Shown here: positions 22,566-34,200 of the stretch, piece after piece
Position numbering within the stretch: position 1 is the first letter of the stretch
How the letters are laid out: the number at the start of each line of letters is the position of its first letter
Source: Strigamia acuminata
Taxonomy: Eukaryota
Assembly (NCBI GenBank): GCA_949358305.1
Contig: OX442314.1
Coordinates: forward strand, 3,782,001 to 3,846,000
Direction: 5' to 3'
DNA: 64,000 bases
Notes under the pieces: generated by a model
What the model was told of the DNA's origin: nothing
The model's input: only the letters and a program-made list of their open reading frames with translations
Databases searched by the model: none
Position numbers and translations under genes: made by a program

Positions 22566-23523
22566 TGTGGTGATCTCAAATATTTCACCAACTTAGAAGA
22601 TAAATTAATTGTGTCTTCTAATTAATTTGACTGTGGCACACGCCAAGTCAGATCATGTGACGAAGGGGAGGAAACTTCCCTAGGCACATATCACCCCAGG
22701 TTGGCTGGGGTGAAAACGGTAATTAACCGTTATGGTGCAATATTGGGCAATAATCCTTTGTTGCACCAGTTTCAGCTAATTGCGCAGATTATCTGCGCAA
22801 TATTGAAGCGTGCCGGGCTCGCGCCCTAGCTTCAATCGGGACTCTTGACTAAATACACAAACCACAAACATCACTGCTTTTTCCTCCTCTGAATTAGTAT
22901 TGATAGTGGACCGTGTATTCCAAGTTTCACCAGCTTGCTTTGTAAAACGTACGAAGCCAGCTATCCTGCTTGAATTAGCCGTCGCTAATTCCAGCAATCG
23001 AACCGAGAAGTTTCCCGAAGTGACGTGAACCATCGCCGTCGCAGCAGCGCGAACTGTTGCCACCGCCATCGAACGCCAGTCGGACGCCCGTGACCGTGAA
23101 CCACCGCCGCCGAGCCGTCGTACGAGTTACGGAAGGACCCACGAGAACCATCGTCGCCAGGACCATCGTTCGTGAGTCGTATTACGAAGACATTTTGTCT
23201 TCGAAACAACTTCCAGTTGTCAAGCGCCATCGCCGCGCTTTGTAGCTTGCAACAGTCGTTGCAAGCCCTTCCTTTGTTTTCCCGCTCATTATTTCGCGAC
23301 ATTGTCGCTTCGTATTACTTTCTTTCATTACTAGTCATTGTATAAAACCGAATAAAGAATATAAAGTGTGATTTTCATCTAATAAAACTGTCTCTTTATT
23401 TCTTTCTAATTAAATTAACCCTAGATAATTTACGGCCGCCGATTGTAAGTCTTTATAAGCATTCACCTGCGGTTTCCACTTGATTTAATAGAAATTAAGT
23501 GTGAAAAAACCCGGATCGCAGCA
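22566..23523 (+). repeat. 3' LTR of Gypsy B (right boundary inferred)
   Basis: Follows PPT; TGTGGTGATC...GATCGCAGCA imperfect terminal inverted repeat; AATAAA at ~23351 and ~23381. Confidence 0.65.
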
Positions 23524-23623
23524 ATTTTAATGTTTAAATACTGAATTTTGTTTGTAAATTGTTAAATTTTCTCATATCCATATTGGTATCAACTGTACTA
23601 ATTCAATGACTTCACTTTTCAAG

Positions 23624-24235
23624 GAATGCAATCCAACTAAAAGAACAGCCGAAGCGCTGTGCAACTACGGTAACAAGGTTTTCACTGAAGACGATGACAA
23701 AGTAGATTTAAGACAAAATATTACATTGAATTATTTCTAAAACATTCATATTTTTCAGTTTTCCAAGGTTTTCTGTGGCTGTGCATCCGCTTTCTTAGAA
23801 ACAAACGTAATTTGTAGTCAACACAAACATGTTTGTTCGTATAAACGTTTCCGACTTCTTTGTTTCTTTATTTCTAGGCGGAACTTTGCAAGGCAGATGA
23901 CTACGATTTTCCACATTCATCCAAGTGTGGAGCATTATTCAAATCAGTAAGCTAATTAATACTTTCTGCCCTTTTACAAAATGAGCTAAGTGTTTGCATT
24001 TTTCACTTGCTTAGAAATTGTTCAAAGAACAGTGCAGCAAGGCGAACCCTCTCAACGACTTTCTAATAAAGTATCTGTACGTCAATTTGTGGAAGGTTTG
24101 TGATCAAAAAAGCGAAGCCAAGATATTTAAAGACACAAACAAGATTTTTATGCCAGGTCCAGTTTCTCAAAGTGTAGGTAAGAAGTAATATATATTTATT
24201 CCATTTCCTAATAACTAGGAATTTTGGCCTGCTAA
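23624..24235 (+). CDS. Internal/3' exons of a small Cys-rich host gene (23624-23701, 23759-23806, 23878-23946, 24015-24177; end uncertain)
   Basis: Three phase-0 GT-AG introns of 57-71 nt join an open frame ECNPTKRTAEALCNYG..FCGCASAF..AELCKADD..KCGALF..EQCSKANP..LWKVCDQK. Confidence 0.7.
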
Positions 24236-25289
24236 GTATTGTCGCGCTCAACTCTAACCGTCGCTAACTCGTGGGTTGATTACTTAATTCGACTAACTCA
24301 CTACCGCTTTGCTCAAGCGGTTTACCCAAAGAAATGATTACACAGATATAAAAGGTAAAATATAATATAGATTTATTCTGCGGGGCAATGTACAGATATA
24401 TCTTATATATATATAAAGGGTAAGTAAAAGGTAAATCGGAATGGGTGATGGGAAATGGAAAGGTAAAGGTAAGATGAAAGCTGGCTGGAATCGGCGAGGT
24501 CGTCTGTTGTCTCGTGCGTGTCCAAGATGGCGTCCTCGTTGTGGCAACGTGATGTCGTCTTGGGCCGGCGTGGCAATATGGCGTCCTCGGCTCGTCTCTG
24601 GCTGGTCCTTCGGGCTCACGCTGGTCGGGCGCGAGTGAATGCTTAGTTAAAAGACTTACTTCGGGCTGTTGTCTAGGTTTTTGTGTGGTGTCCGGCGATC
24701 ACACAGCGGCGGACTCTTCTGGTTCCCGGCGGTCACACAGCGGCGGGAACGCTCGTCGTGGTTTTACTGCAGTTTAGGCTTGTGCGACCGTTTGTCTGCA
24801 CAACTCGCTAAACTGGAGTGGTTTTTACTATTTCTAGCTGGTGTGCTAAAATAGTGTGGTAATCTTATCTCGCAGGTTACTCTGCGGAGTTTGACACTGA
24901 CCAAACGTACTCACGGTAAATTGTCCTTTGTCCTCGGTCAATCCCAGTATTTTTACTTGGGCCTGATCTTGTAGGACGACGGATTTTACGTGTGTTTCTC
25001 GTTTGATGGTTGTGTTGGTTCTGCCCGCTCAGTGCAAGGCACATTCCTTTGCACAAAGCGGGGTTGACAGGTGACCGGAATCACCCAATGGTGGGGTGGA
25101 CGAGCCATCCCCACTCCCTCAGGGCAGACGCCTGTCCATTGACTAGATGTCAATGCACTGAGGGAAGGGAGACGCGCTTGCGGCTCCCCTTACACCCGAA
25201 ACGAGGTCACGAGAGAAACTCTTCGTTGACCCCGGTCCAGTCGGGTCACAACACTTCCCCCTCCGAGCTCAGACCGTGGGGCTGAGCGA

Positions 25290-28200
25290 TCACTTCTTTC
25301 CTGGGGGACCCGACACTGAGTCCGTCACCTGGGCGTAACTCACTCCAGGGACAGGCGGTTGAGTGCCGGGTGGCGCGGGTAGATCGCCTACTAGCGCCGA
25401 GGACCGATCTCGGGGGTCCTCATGCTCCGTAATGAAGCATAATGCATGGCCGTCAACTGGCTCATGCGGGGCACGCGTCCTCTCGTGCAACCAAACGCTC
25501 GGGATGTAGGCGGAGAAGCCGGTGTTCGTATGCCGGATGGCATTGGCTTCCGTTGGCGTCACTGGCGCACGGTGGGCTCTCAGCAACCTCTGGTGGAAGA
25601 TGAGGTCTTTAGTCTTCCGGATCTGGTTGTGAAGCCAGATGAAGACCGATTTGCCTTTGTCCCGCTGCGCGAGGATAAACCTCCTGGTCGCCGTCGTCAT
25701 CGAAAGATGGGGAAACTCGTCGATGATTCGCCCATAATAGTCTGGTGGAGGCGGTGCCGGCTTCGGCTTCTGGGTGGCCGCGGGAATCACGGCTTGCGTC
25801 GTTGTCGCCGCTCGGGCCGGTGAGGTCCCGGGCGGTGTCGGCTTCGTTTGCTCGACGGACCTGACGGGTGGCGTTCGGCACAGCAAGCGCTTTGGTTTAC
25901 CCGCCACTTCGAACAGGGCGGGTCCTTGCGGGGATATCTCCGCAGGCATTGGTGGCGGAATCGGAACTCCGCTCGTCGGCGAGATCACCATGTCTACATC
26001 CTCTGCCGATTCTTCCGTCTGGATGGTCAGGGCGCGCAGTTGTTGTGTAGGCGCCGCTGTCCAGGTGGCGGAGGTGTAACGAAACGCCGTGCTTCGCAAC
26101 TTGTACCCCTCAAATTCGGGGTTTACCACATCCCTGGTTAGCTCGTACCGAGTCAACACAGGGTCGGGCAGAATGGAGCTCCACTCTGCGAGGAGTGCAC
26201 GGGGAACCTGTACACCCTCTCTGTCCACGACAGACCATGCGGCCATCGCCTGACGCCCTTCTCCGAAGAGTGCTGGGGTTAGCAGCTGCTGTTGGTCCTT
26301 GAAACCACTTCGGACGTTTATTTAACGCTTTTTCGATGCGTAATGACGCTACCTGAACTTTTTCACATCATTGGTTGTTATATTTTCTTTCCCCAAATGA
26401 TTTAGTGTTTATTTCCTACTTAACTGGTTGTTACCAGTTTATTTCCGTATATTTACTTTATATTGTAAGGGAAATGCATGGTGCCTGCATTAACTGTGTC
26501 TTAACACACTGGGCATCATGCATCGCCTATCTGTTTATACCTGTGAGTCGCTCGCTTCTGTCACCAGAGCGCTCTGCCTTTTATTCCAAGATGGCGACGC
26601 ACACTGCTAAGTGTGCTCCTGTGCTTTTCAATCCTGTTTTCGTAAGTTTTAGGTTAATAAATCGTTTATTTTGTTTATAAATAATTCGTTTCTTGTGTCT
26701 GCACGTAGATAAGTGCAGACACCACGCAAATTCGACCAGAACCGGCTCGAATTCGCGTACACGACGCGCCGCACGTCTCGTGCGTGCTATATCGTACGTG
26801 TTGGCTTATTTTTAAGCGTTTCCACTGCCTAGTCTGTGCTGTTTTTGCAGCATACCACCACAATTGGTAGCAGAGGCCTGGAAAGACACCAGGGCCTCGT
26901 TTTTTCCTTAATTTTCCACAATTTTCGCGATTTTTTCGCGAATTTTGCGGAAATTTTCTATATTTTCAGATTTTTCGCCGATTTACACCGATTTTCGACA
27001 TGCGACGACGTCTACACGACGTTATCACCGAGAAACGGGTGTAACCCGCTGTTTAGCACCCCGGAGTGCGACAGTATCGACGATTTTCGTTCGTTTTTCG
27101 CGATTTTTCGTTTAAAATCGCACATATCCGTGTTTTTCACACGAGGATCGCGTGTTGCGACGTGCACCGCGACTGATTCGTCAATTTCGCCTTATTTTGC
27201 CTTTCAGAGTCGAATTACCTTTGTTAATTTTAAGTGGGAATTTTGGTGTGGGACAATTAGAATCCTCGGCGCCCTTCGTCCGAATCCGGGCAAGCGCCGT
27301 TGTATTTTTCGGTTGTGCTTGTCGTGGTACAAGTGAGGTTTCCCGCGGCTCCAGGAAGTCGAACGGACCCTCTCAGACTGGCAACCGAAAGCTATTTAAT
27401 TCCTTCAGAAGGAATTGCCCATTCTTGGTTTCCGCTTTGACAGTGCTACGGAAAGTGCTTCGCATCGTAATTTGTGCTTCGTTTGTGCGTCGATTGTGCG
27501 TCGATTGTGCGTCAATTTCCCATTTCTACGCATTTTTCTCCGTGCAATCATGAAAAAGGCCACCGACCAGTCGTCAGGCCATGTGCCGATTCTCGTGACC
27601 GGCAATTACGAACACTGGCACCGTGCAATTAAAATGCTATTGATGTCCGACGGCGTATGGCACCACGTCACCGAAACGGAGGAACTAGTGAAAGCCAACG
27701 TCGATGAAGACGTTTGGCGAAAATGGCAACGTCGGAAAGCCCGAGCGCTGGGGACCATTTATTGCCACGTCTCGCAGGCCAAACAGTCGGCCCTCGACGG
27801 TTGCACCACTCCGAAACAGGCGTGGGACATTTTAGCGAAAATTTACGCCCCCAGCTCTCTCGCCCGCCAAGCGGCGATGCGCCGTGAGTTCCTGCAGCTC
27901 AAGTTGGAGCCCGGCGAAGAAATGGCCGATTTCCTCAGCCGCGTTGACCTTATGGTCCGCCAACTTAAAGACGTCGGTGAAGACATCCTCCCTCGACATC
28001 ACGCGTACCAGTATTTAGACTTTCTTCCGGACGAATACGACCAGGCGACTTTTGCCATTTATCATTGGCCGCTGGCAGAGTTTACCCCGGCTAAAGTCTC
28101 CGATCAGTTGTTGTCGGAATATCTACGATTAAAGTCGCATTCGAACCGAAACTCCGGTAATTCCTCCGCTTATGCTACTGGGCGACAAGGACGTAACCAG

Positions 28201-31200
28201 TCGCGACCCCCGCGCCCGCTTGCGCAGGTGCGTTGCTTCAATTGCAACGAGCTTGGACACTACGCCAATAAGTGCCAGCATCCTCGCAAGCAAACAACTG
28301 GGCAACAGCCGGTAGCTACGCTTCAGACACGATCTCGCAGCAAGAGTCGACGCCGCAATAAAGGCTCGAATCCGAATGTAAACCCGAATCAACAGCAGCA
28401 GGGACAGTTTCGCGAGTCTTCACGCCCGCGCCGAGATGCAGCATATCTCCTGTCCGCACCACCTGCGATCCAGGTTCCTACCGTTCATTTCGTCCAATCT
28501 CACGAATGGATTGTTGACTGCGGCGCCACCGACCACGTTTCACACGTTAAATCGTGGTTCTTGGACTTTGTTGAGGTCGTCCCTTTTAATATCGAATTGG
28601 GACAAGGAAGCTCCAAAGTTACCGGAAAAGGGAATGTTCCAGTCAAGTCACTCATCGATGGCTGTGAATGCACCGTACTTCTCCGCGATGTTTTGTACGC
28701 ACCTGATTTCGGCGCTAATTTAATTTCGGTTTCGCGAGTCGATAAATGTGGGCATCACATACACATTTACAATTCGGAGTTGCATACATATGGGACGGAT
28801 ATCAAACAAAGTGTTCTTCGGGCGAAGCAAAAGTCAGGACTTTACTTCGTAGATGGACTAATTTCGCCATTTGCGTCGCCGACTGTTGTTTCGAGTACAC
28901 CGCCCATCCCAATGTCACCTCCGACTACTGCGCCGATGACTCTCATCACGAAGGAGGAAGATTTTCCCGCGATGCCCTCAAAGAAGTCGAAGAAAATATC
29001 AAACGTTGAAATGACCGACTTCCGCTTACCTATCTCTCCCAACACCCTACTCGTGCCTTCTCCTTCCCCGATCATCCCCAATCCTGTTGCCGGATCTAAA
29101 CCACAACAGATCCGGATGTATTCCAACGTCCTATCATCTCCTCCTCCTCCCGTTGCCACGACTAAGGCAGTCCCACCTCCTACAAAGGTCGTAACGCCGG
29201 CTGCGAACGTTGCGGATGCCACGGGATTATGGCATGCCAGGTTGGGCCATCTCCACACCAAAGCCATGCGGACTTTGGCGAACAATTCCCAAGTTTATGG
29301 ACTCGATCCGGCTGCGGTTCGACAAGAACTTTCCTGCAACTCATGTCGCATTGCCAAGTCCACGCGCGCCTCGCATAAACCGATTCCCACACCTTCGACG
29401 ACCAAACCGTTGGAGTTGCTGCACATGGACGTCTGGGGCCCGTCAAGACTGACTTCGATTGGCGGTGCTGATTATGCCTTCTCCATTGTTGACGACGCGA
29501 CCCGATATTCGTGGATTTTTCCGATTGCACGCAAATCCGACGTTTTTGCGACTTTCAAAGACTTTGTCTCTCGCGTTGAACGTATTACGGATTCCCGCGT
29601 CAAATCAATTCGCACGGATCGCGGCGGGGAATTTATTTCTAAGACTTTTGACCGTTACCTCGCTGACAAGGGCATTGTCGCACAACGGACCAATCCCGGA
29701 AGCCCGCAAATGAACGGGGTCGCCGAACGCCTAAACCGGACGATGGGCGACTATCTTCGCTCCGTTACCTCCGAAACCGGTTTTCCACACACACTTTGGG
29801 CTGAACTCGCTGTGACATTTTCGTACGTTAAAAATCGCAGCCCGCATTCGAAACTTAACGACGAAGTTCCATATGTTTTATGGCGCCAGCGTGCCCTCTC
29901 TGTCAAACATTTCCGAAAAATTGGTTCTAAATGCTGGGTGCATTTCACCGCACCCGGGCGCAACAAAATGGATCCACGGGCGTGGGAAGGATTCCTCGTA
30001 GGTTACGCCTCCAACACTCGCGGTTATCGGGTTTGGAATCCGGCTACGAACACCGTCACGGAATCCGTTCACGTTCAAATCGATGAACGTCAGAATTTCA
30101 AACGCTCGCCGTTTTACGTTCCGGATCCCTACGAAAATGCTCCATTCATGGAGGAGCCTTCTCGCGTCACTACACCGTCTCGTGTCACTTTTGACGATGG
30201 CGCTTTCCCATCTGTCCCCTGGTCACGTCGACGTCGTGATTCCGACGATGAATCATCTAATGACGATGATGAATTCCGCCATCGGGCTCCATCAAGCGCT
30301 TCATCAGTCGCTTCATATCGCTCCGTCCTCGAGGAGGTCGAAGAGGACATTGCTGATGAATTGCCTCCTCCTATTCTGTTTGCGGACGATGTACCGGAGG
30401 ACATCGATTTGGACGTCACGCCTGACCCACCACTTCCGCTTTACCGTCCTCGGAGGAGATTACGTCCCGATGCTTTGGCTCGTCAACCTCACACCCCTGA
30501 GGCCAGCGATAGTGAACTCGACGTTGATCACGATATCGAACAATTTTTCGAACGCTATCCCGAACGTGATTTCGAGCACGACCCCGAAGATGATCCACTT
30601 GATAATCTCCTCGATGATCTCCTCGATAAGGCAGCCGCCTTACCAGCGGCCGCTGCAACGCCTGCACCGCCCCTCGCTCCGTTACGCGCTCTTCACTGCC
30701 CCTATCGTTTTATTGGTGGAGATACGCCCTTCAGCGGATGGAGGAGGGAAGAGCATCTCCGGAAAGAACAAGCGCCTGGCAAAATCAAGGTCGACGTTTA
30801 TTACTATCCGGAGCACGGTGTCCGCTTAAGGTCGAGAGGGGACATCGAAAGATATTGCGTCGCTCACCAACTTCCGTATGAGGAGGACATTTTCTTTTTC
30901 GGCAACCTCGAACATCAATTGCAGGACGAGCAACCTGTTCATCGCGTCCTTATGTGTTTTCGAGAGCCGTCCACGTACGCCGAAGCTGTTAAGCTACCCG
31001 AGGCACCGAAGTGGACCGAGGCAATCGATGAGGAGCTCACGACTTTCAAGGAACGCGAAGTTTATAAGGAAGTTCCACGACCCCCGGACAAGACAATCCT
31101 CGGGTGTAAATGGATTTTTCGGTTGAAATCGGATGCCACCGGGAAAATTCACCGCTACCGTGCTCGACTTGTCGCACAAGGTTTCCGCCAAACAATGGGC

Positions 31201-34200
31201 GTTGATTTCGATGAAGTTTTTAGTCCGGTGGTTAACTTCGTGCTCATCCGATTCTTTTTCTGCCTCCTAGTCGTTTTACTAGGATGGAGGGATCTCCACC
31301 TCGACGTCAAGTGTGCCTACCTTTACGGCGACCTCGACCACGAAATTTACATGCGGATTCCCGCCGGCGCCACATGCACCTCACCCGACAACGTCTGGTT
31401 GTTAACCAAGTCACTTTACGGTCTTCACCAGTCGGGGCGCATGTGGTACCAGAAGCTCAACGAGACGTTAACCGACCTCGGATTCCAGAAATTTCCCGCT
31501 TGTAATTGCGTTTACGCATTTGGACATTCGGCTGTTATGTTAGTCTACGTGGACGATATCGTCGTGTTTTACGCGTCGGAGAGTATCCGAGACCGTATTT
31601 TGGCGCTGATTTCCAGCAAATTCGACATCGTCAACCTCGGACCAATAACCAAATTACTCGGGGTAGAATTCGTGCGTCGCGATGGGAAAGTTTTCATGTC
31701 CCAACGCTCCTACATCGACAAACTTCTTAAAAAGTTCAACGTTTCGTCAGATGCACTCATTAAAGTGCCTGTCACACCGGGGACCACGCTCGTCAAAGGC
31801 TCGTTGGATAATCTCCCGGACTTTCCGTACCGATCGCTCATCGGATCGTTATTATTCCTCGCCTCTCGCACTCGTCCCGACATATTATACTCGGTCATCG
31901 CTTTATCGCAGTATAATAACTGCTACGACCACCGCCACATCAAGTGTTTGCTCCAAGTTCTCAAATACGTGGCGAACACGAGCGATTTCTCGATCGAACT
32001 CTCGGGGTGTAATTCCAGTCAGCTGTGGGGATACACAGATGCGTCGTGGGCGAGTGACATTGCGACATCGAGAAGCTTCGGAGGATACATCATTTATATC
32101 GGTTGTGTGCCAATTGGCTGGAGCTGCAAAAAGCAGACCAGCGTCGCCTGTTCCACCATGGAAGCCGAATTTGTAGCACTAGTCGAAATCGTTAAAGAGT
32201 TATACTGGTTGGACAGTATCTATCGAGTCTTTCCACCGTTAAACCGATTATCGAAACCGATTATTTTCTCCGATGCCCTCGCCTCGATCCAATTCACGAA
32301 CAACGACATCGAGAACTCGAAAACCAAACATATTCGAGTGAAGTTCCATTGGCTTCGAGAATGGCATATTGCCGGATGCTTCGAACTCCGCAAAATTCCG
32401 GGTGAAATAAATGTTTCGGATATTTTCACGAAATGGCTTAGTTCCGAACGCCTCCGAAATTTGTTGTCCCGGATCTTCATCTCGAAATAATTTCATCGAA
32501 CTGTTAATATCGACATTGCACATCGAAGGAGGGAATTGTTGGTCCTTGAAACCACTTCGGACGTTTATTTAACGCTTTTTCGATGCGTAATGACGCTACC
32601 TGAACTTTTTCACATCATTGGTTGTTATATTTTCTTTCCCCAAATGATTTAGTGTTTATTTCCTACTTAACTGGTTGTTACCAGTTTATTTCCGTATATT
32701 TACTTTATATTGTAAGGGAAATGCATGGTGCCTGCATTAACTGTGTCTTAACACACTGGGCATCATGCATCGCCTATCTGTTTATACCTGTGAGTCGCTC
32801 GCTTCTGTCACCAGAGCGCTCTGCCTTTTATTCCAAGATGGCGACGCACACTGCTAAGTGTGCTCCTGTGCTTTTCAATCCTGTTTTCGTAAGTTTTAGG
32901 TTAATAAATCGTTTATTTTGTTTATAAATAATTCGTTTCTTGTGTCTGCACGTAGATAAGTGCAGACACCACGCAAATTCGACCAGAACCGGCTCGAATT
33001 CGCGTACACGACGCGCCGCACGTCTCGTGCGTGCTATATCGTACGTGTTGGCTTATTTTTAAGCGTTTCCACTGCCTAGTCTGTGCTGTTTTTGCAGCAT
33101 ACCACCACAGCTGCATCATGACCTTGGTCAATGATAGCTGTAGGCTGCGACGATTCACTGGATTCGATCGCTCTGAATCCGCAGTGAAGGCGGACGAGAG
33201 CTTACTCATCATCGCCGTTGCCCATTCGATGAAATATCGCTGGGCCTGATCCACACCTCGCAAGGCGGGCGCGGAGACTCTTGGGTCTTCCATCACGAAG
33301 CGAAACGCTGAGAGCTCGGAGATAGTCGGGTTGGCGGCTTCTCTCGCGAGTCGCGCTTCTTCGTCTCGCCTCTCGAAGAACAGGGCCGAGGAACCGGGTC
33401 GGGGTCGGCTCGGCCTGTAAATGTCGGTCAAATTGGCTCGACATTCCTGCGCAATGCTCTGTCCAACGGGGAGAGGGACTGAGCGGTCGGTGGGTAAATC
33501 CGGCGGATCGCTCGAATTCAACAACGACGGTGGCGGCAGGTCCGGAGGCGGCTGCGTCTTGGTCGGCAGCGTCGGCGTCGGCAGCGGTGGTGGCGGCTGC
33601 GTCGGTGGTGGTGGCGTCTCCGTCGTCTGCACCCCAGTCATTGCGACTTGGGGCGCCGGGAGATGTTGTTCGGAGCTCGAAGGCTGCACGATGGCGGTTG
33701 GCATGCCATCGGGTCGCGGTCGCGAATTTATGTAGTCTGCGAGCCACCTTGCCACCTCGTGTGGGGTCACCTTTCCGTCGGTGACAACACCCATCTTCCT
33801 GGCGTGTTTCATCGCGGGATCGAAACGTGTCAGTTTCGTCCGCTTCATCTGAGTCAGAATCTCGCGAAGGTCCCGCGTATCTGTCGCTGGGACGTTTCGC
33901 TCACCTGACTGGCTACCACTTCGTCGACCCGCTCTCTTGGAGATGTAGGCGGGTTCGGGGATGGGACGGCCCCGAGCTTCGCACCTCGCGAAGTATCGCT
34001 CCTTGCGATCTTTTTTTCGCTGCTCGCGATGAGTCAGCGGACGTCTAGAAGTGCTGGGACGAGAGACTCGCTCTTCATCACCAGACATCCAAACCTCCTT
34101 GCACTCCTTACCGTCTTTAATCTGACGGTTTACGAAAATTCGCGGTCGGGAATACTGCGAAGGGTCACGCACCGTACTAGTGGATGGCCCAGCTTCGTTG

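Larger units (their letters stand above)
6327..23523 (+). mobile_element. Gypsy/Ty3 LTR retrotransposon 'B' (5' part outside window), defective, multiply nested
   Basis: gag tail, PR-RT-RH-IN order, accessory ORF, PPT GGGGGGA(TG) at ~22557-22565, 3' LTR from 22566. Confidence 0.9.

Noticed and set aside
24338..25285. Short ORFs duplicated at 43995-44951, and similar ones in the Copia LTRs
   Set aside because: Incidental frames in LTRs; the duplication reflects LTR identity
32922..33109. C-terminus of the 660-aa ORF (WWYAAK..)
   Set aside because: Antisense Copia-2 LTR; the true ORF continues at 26284
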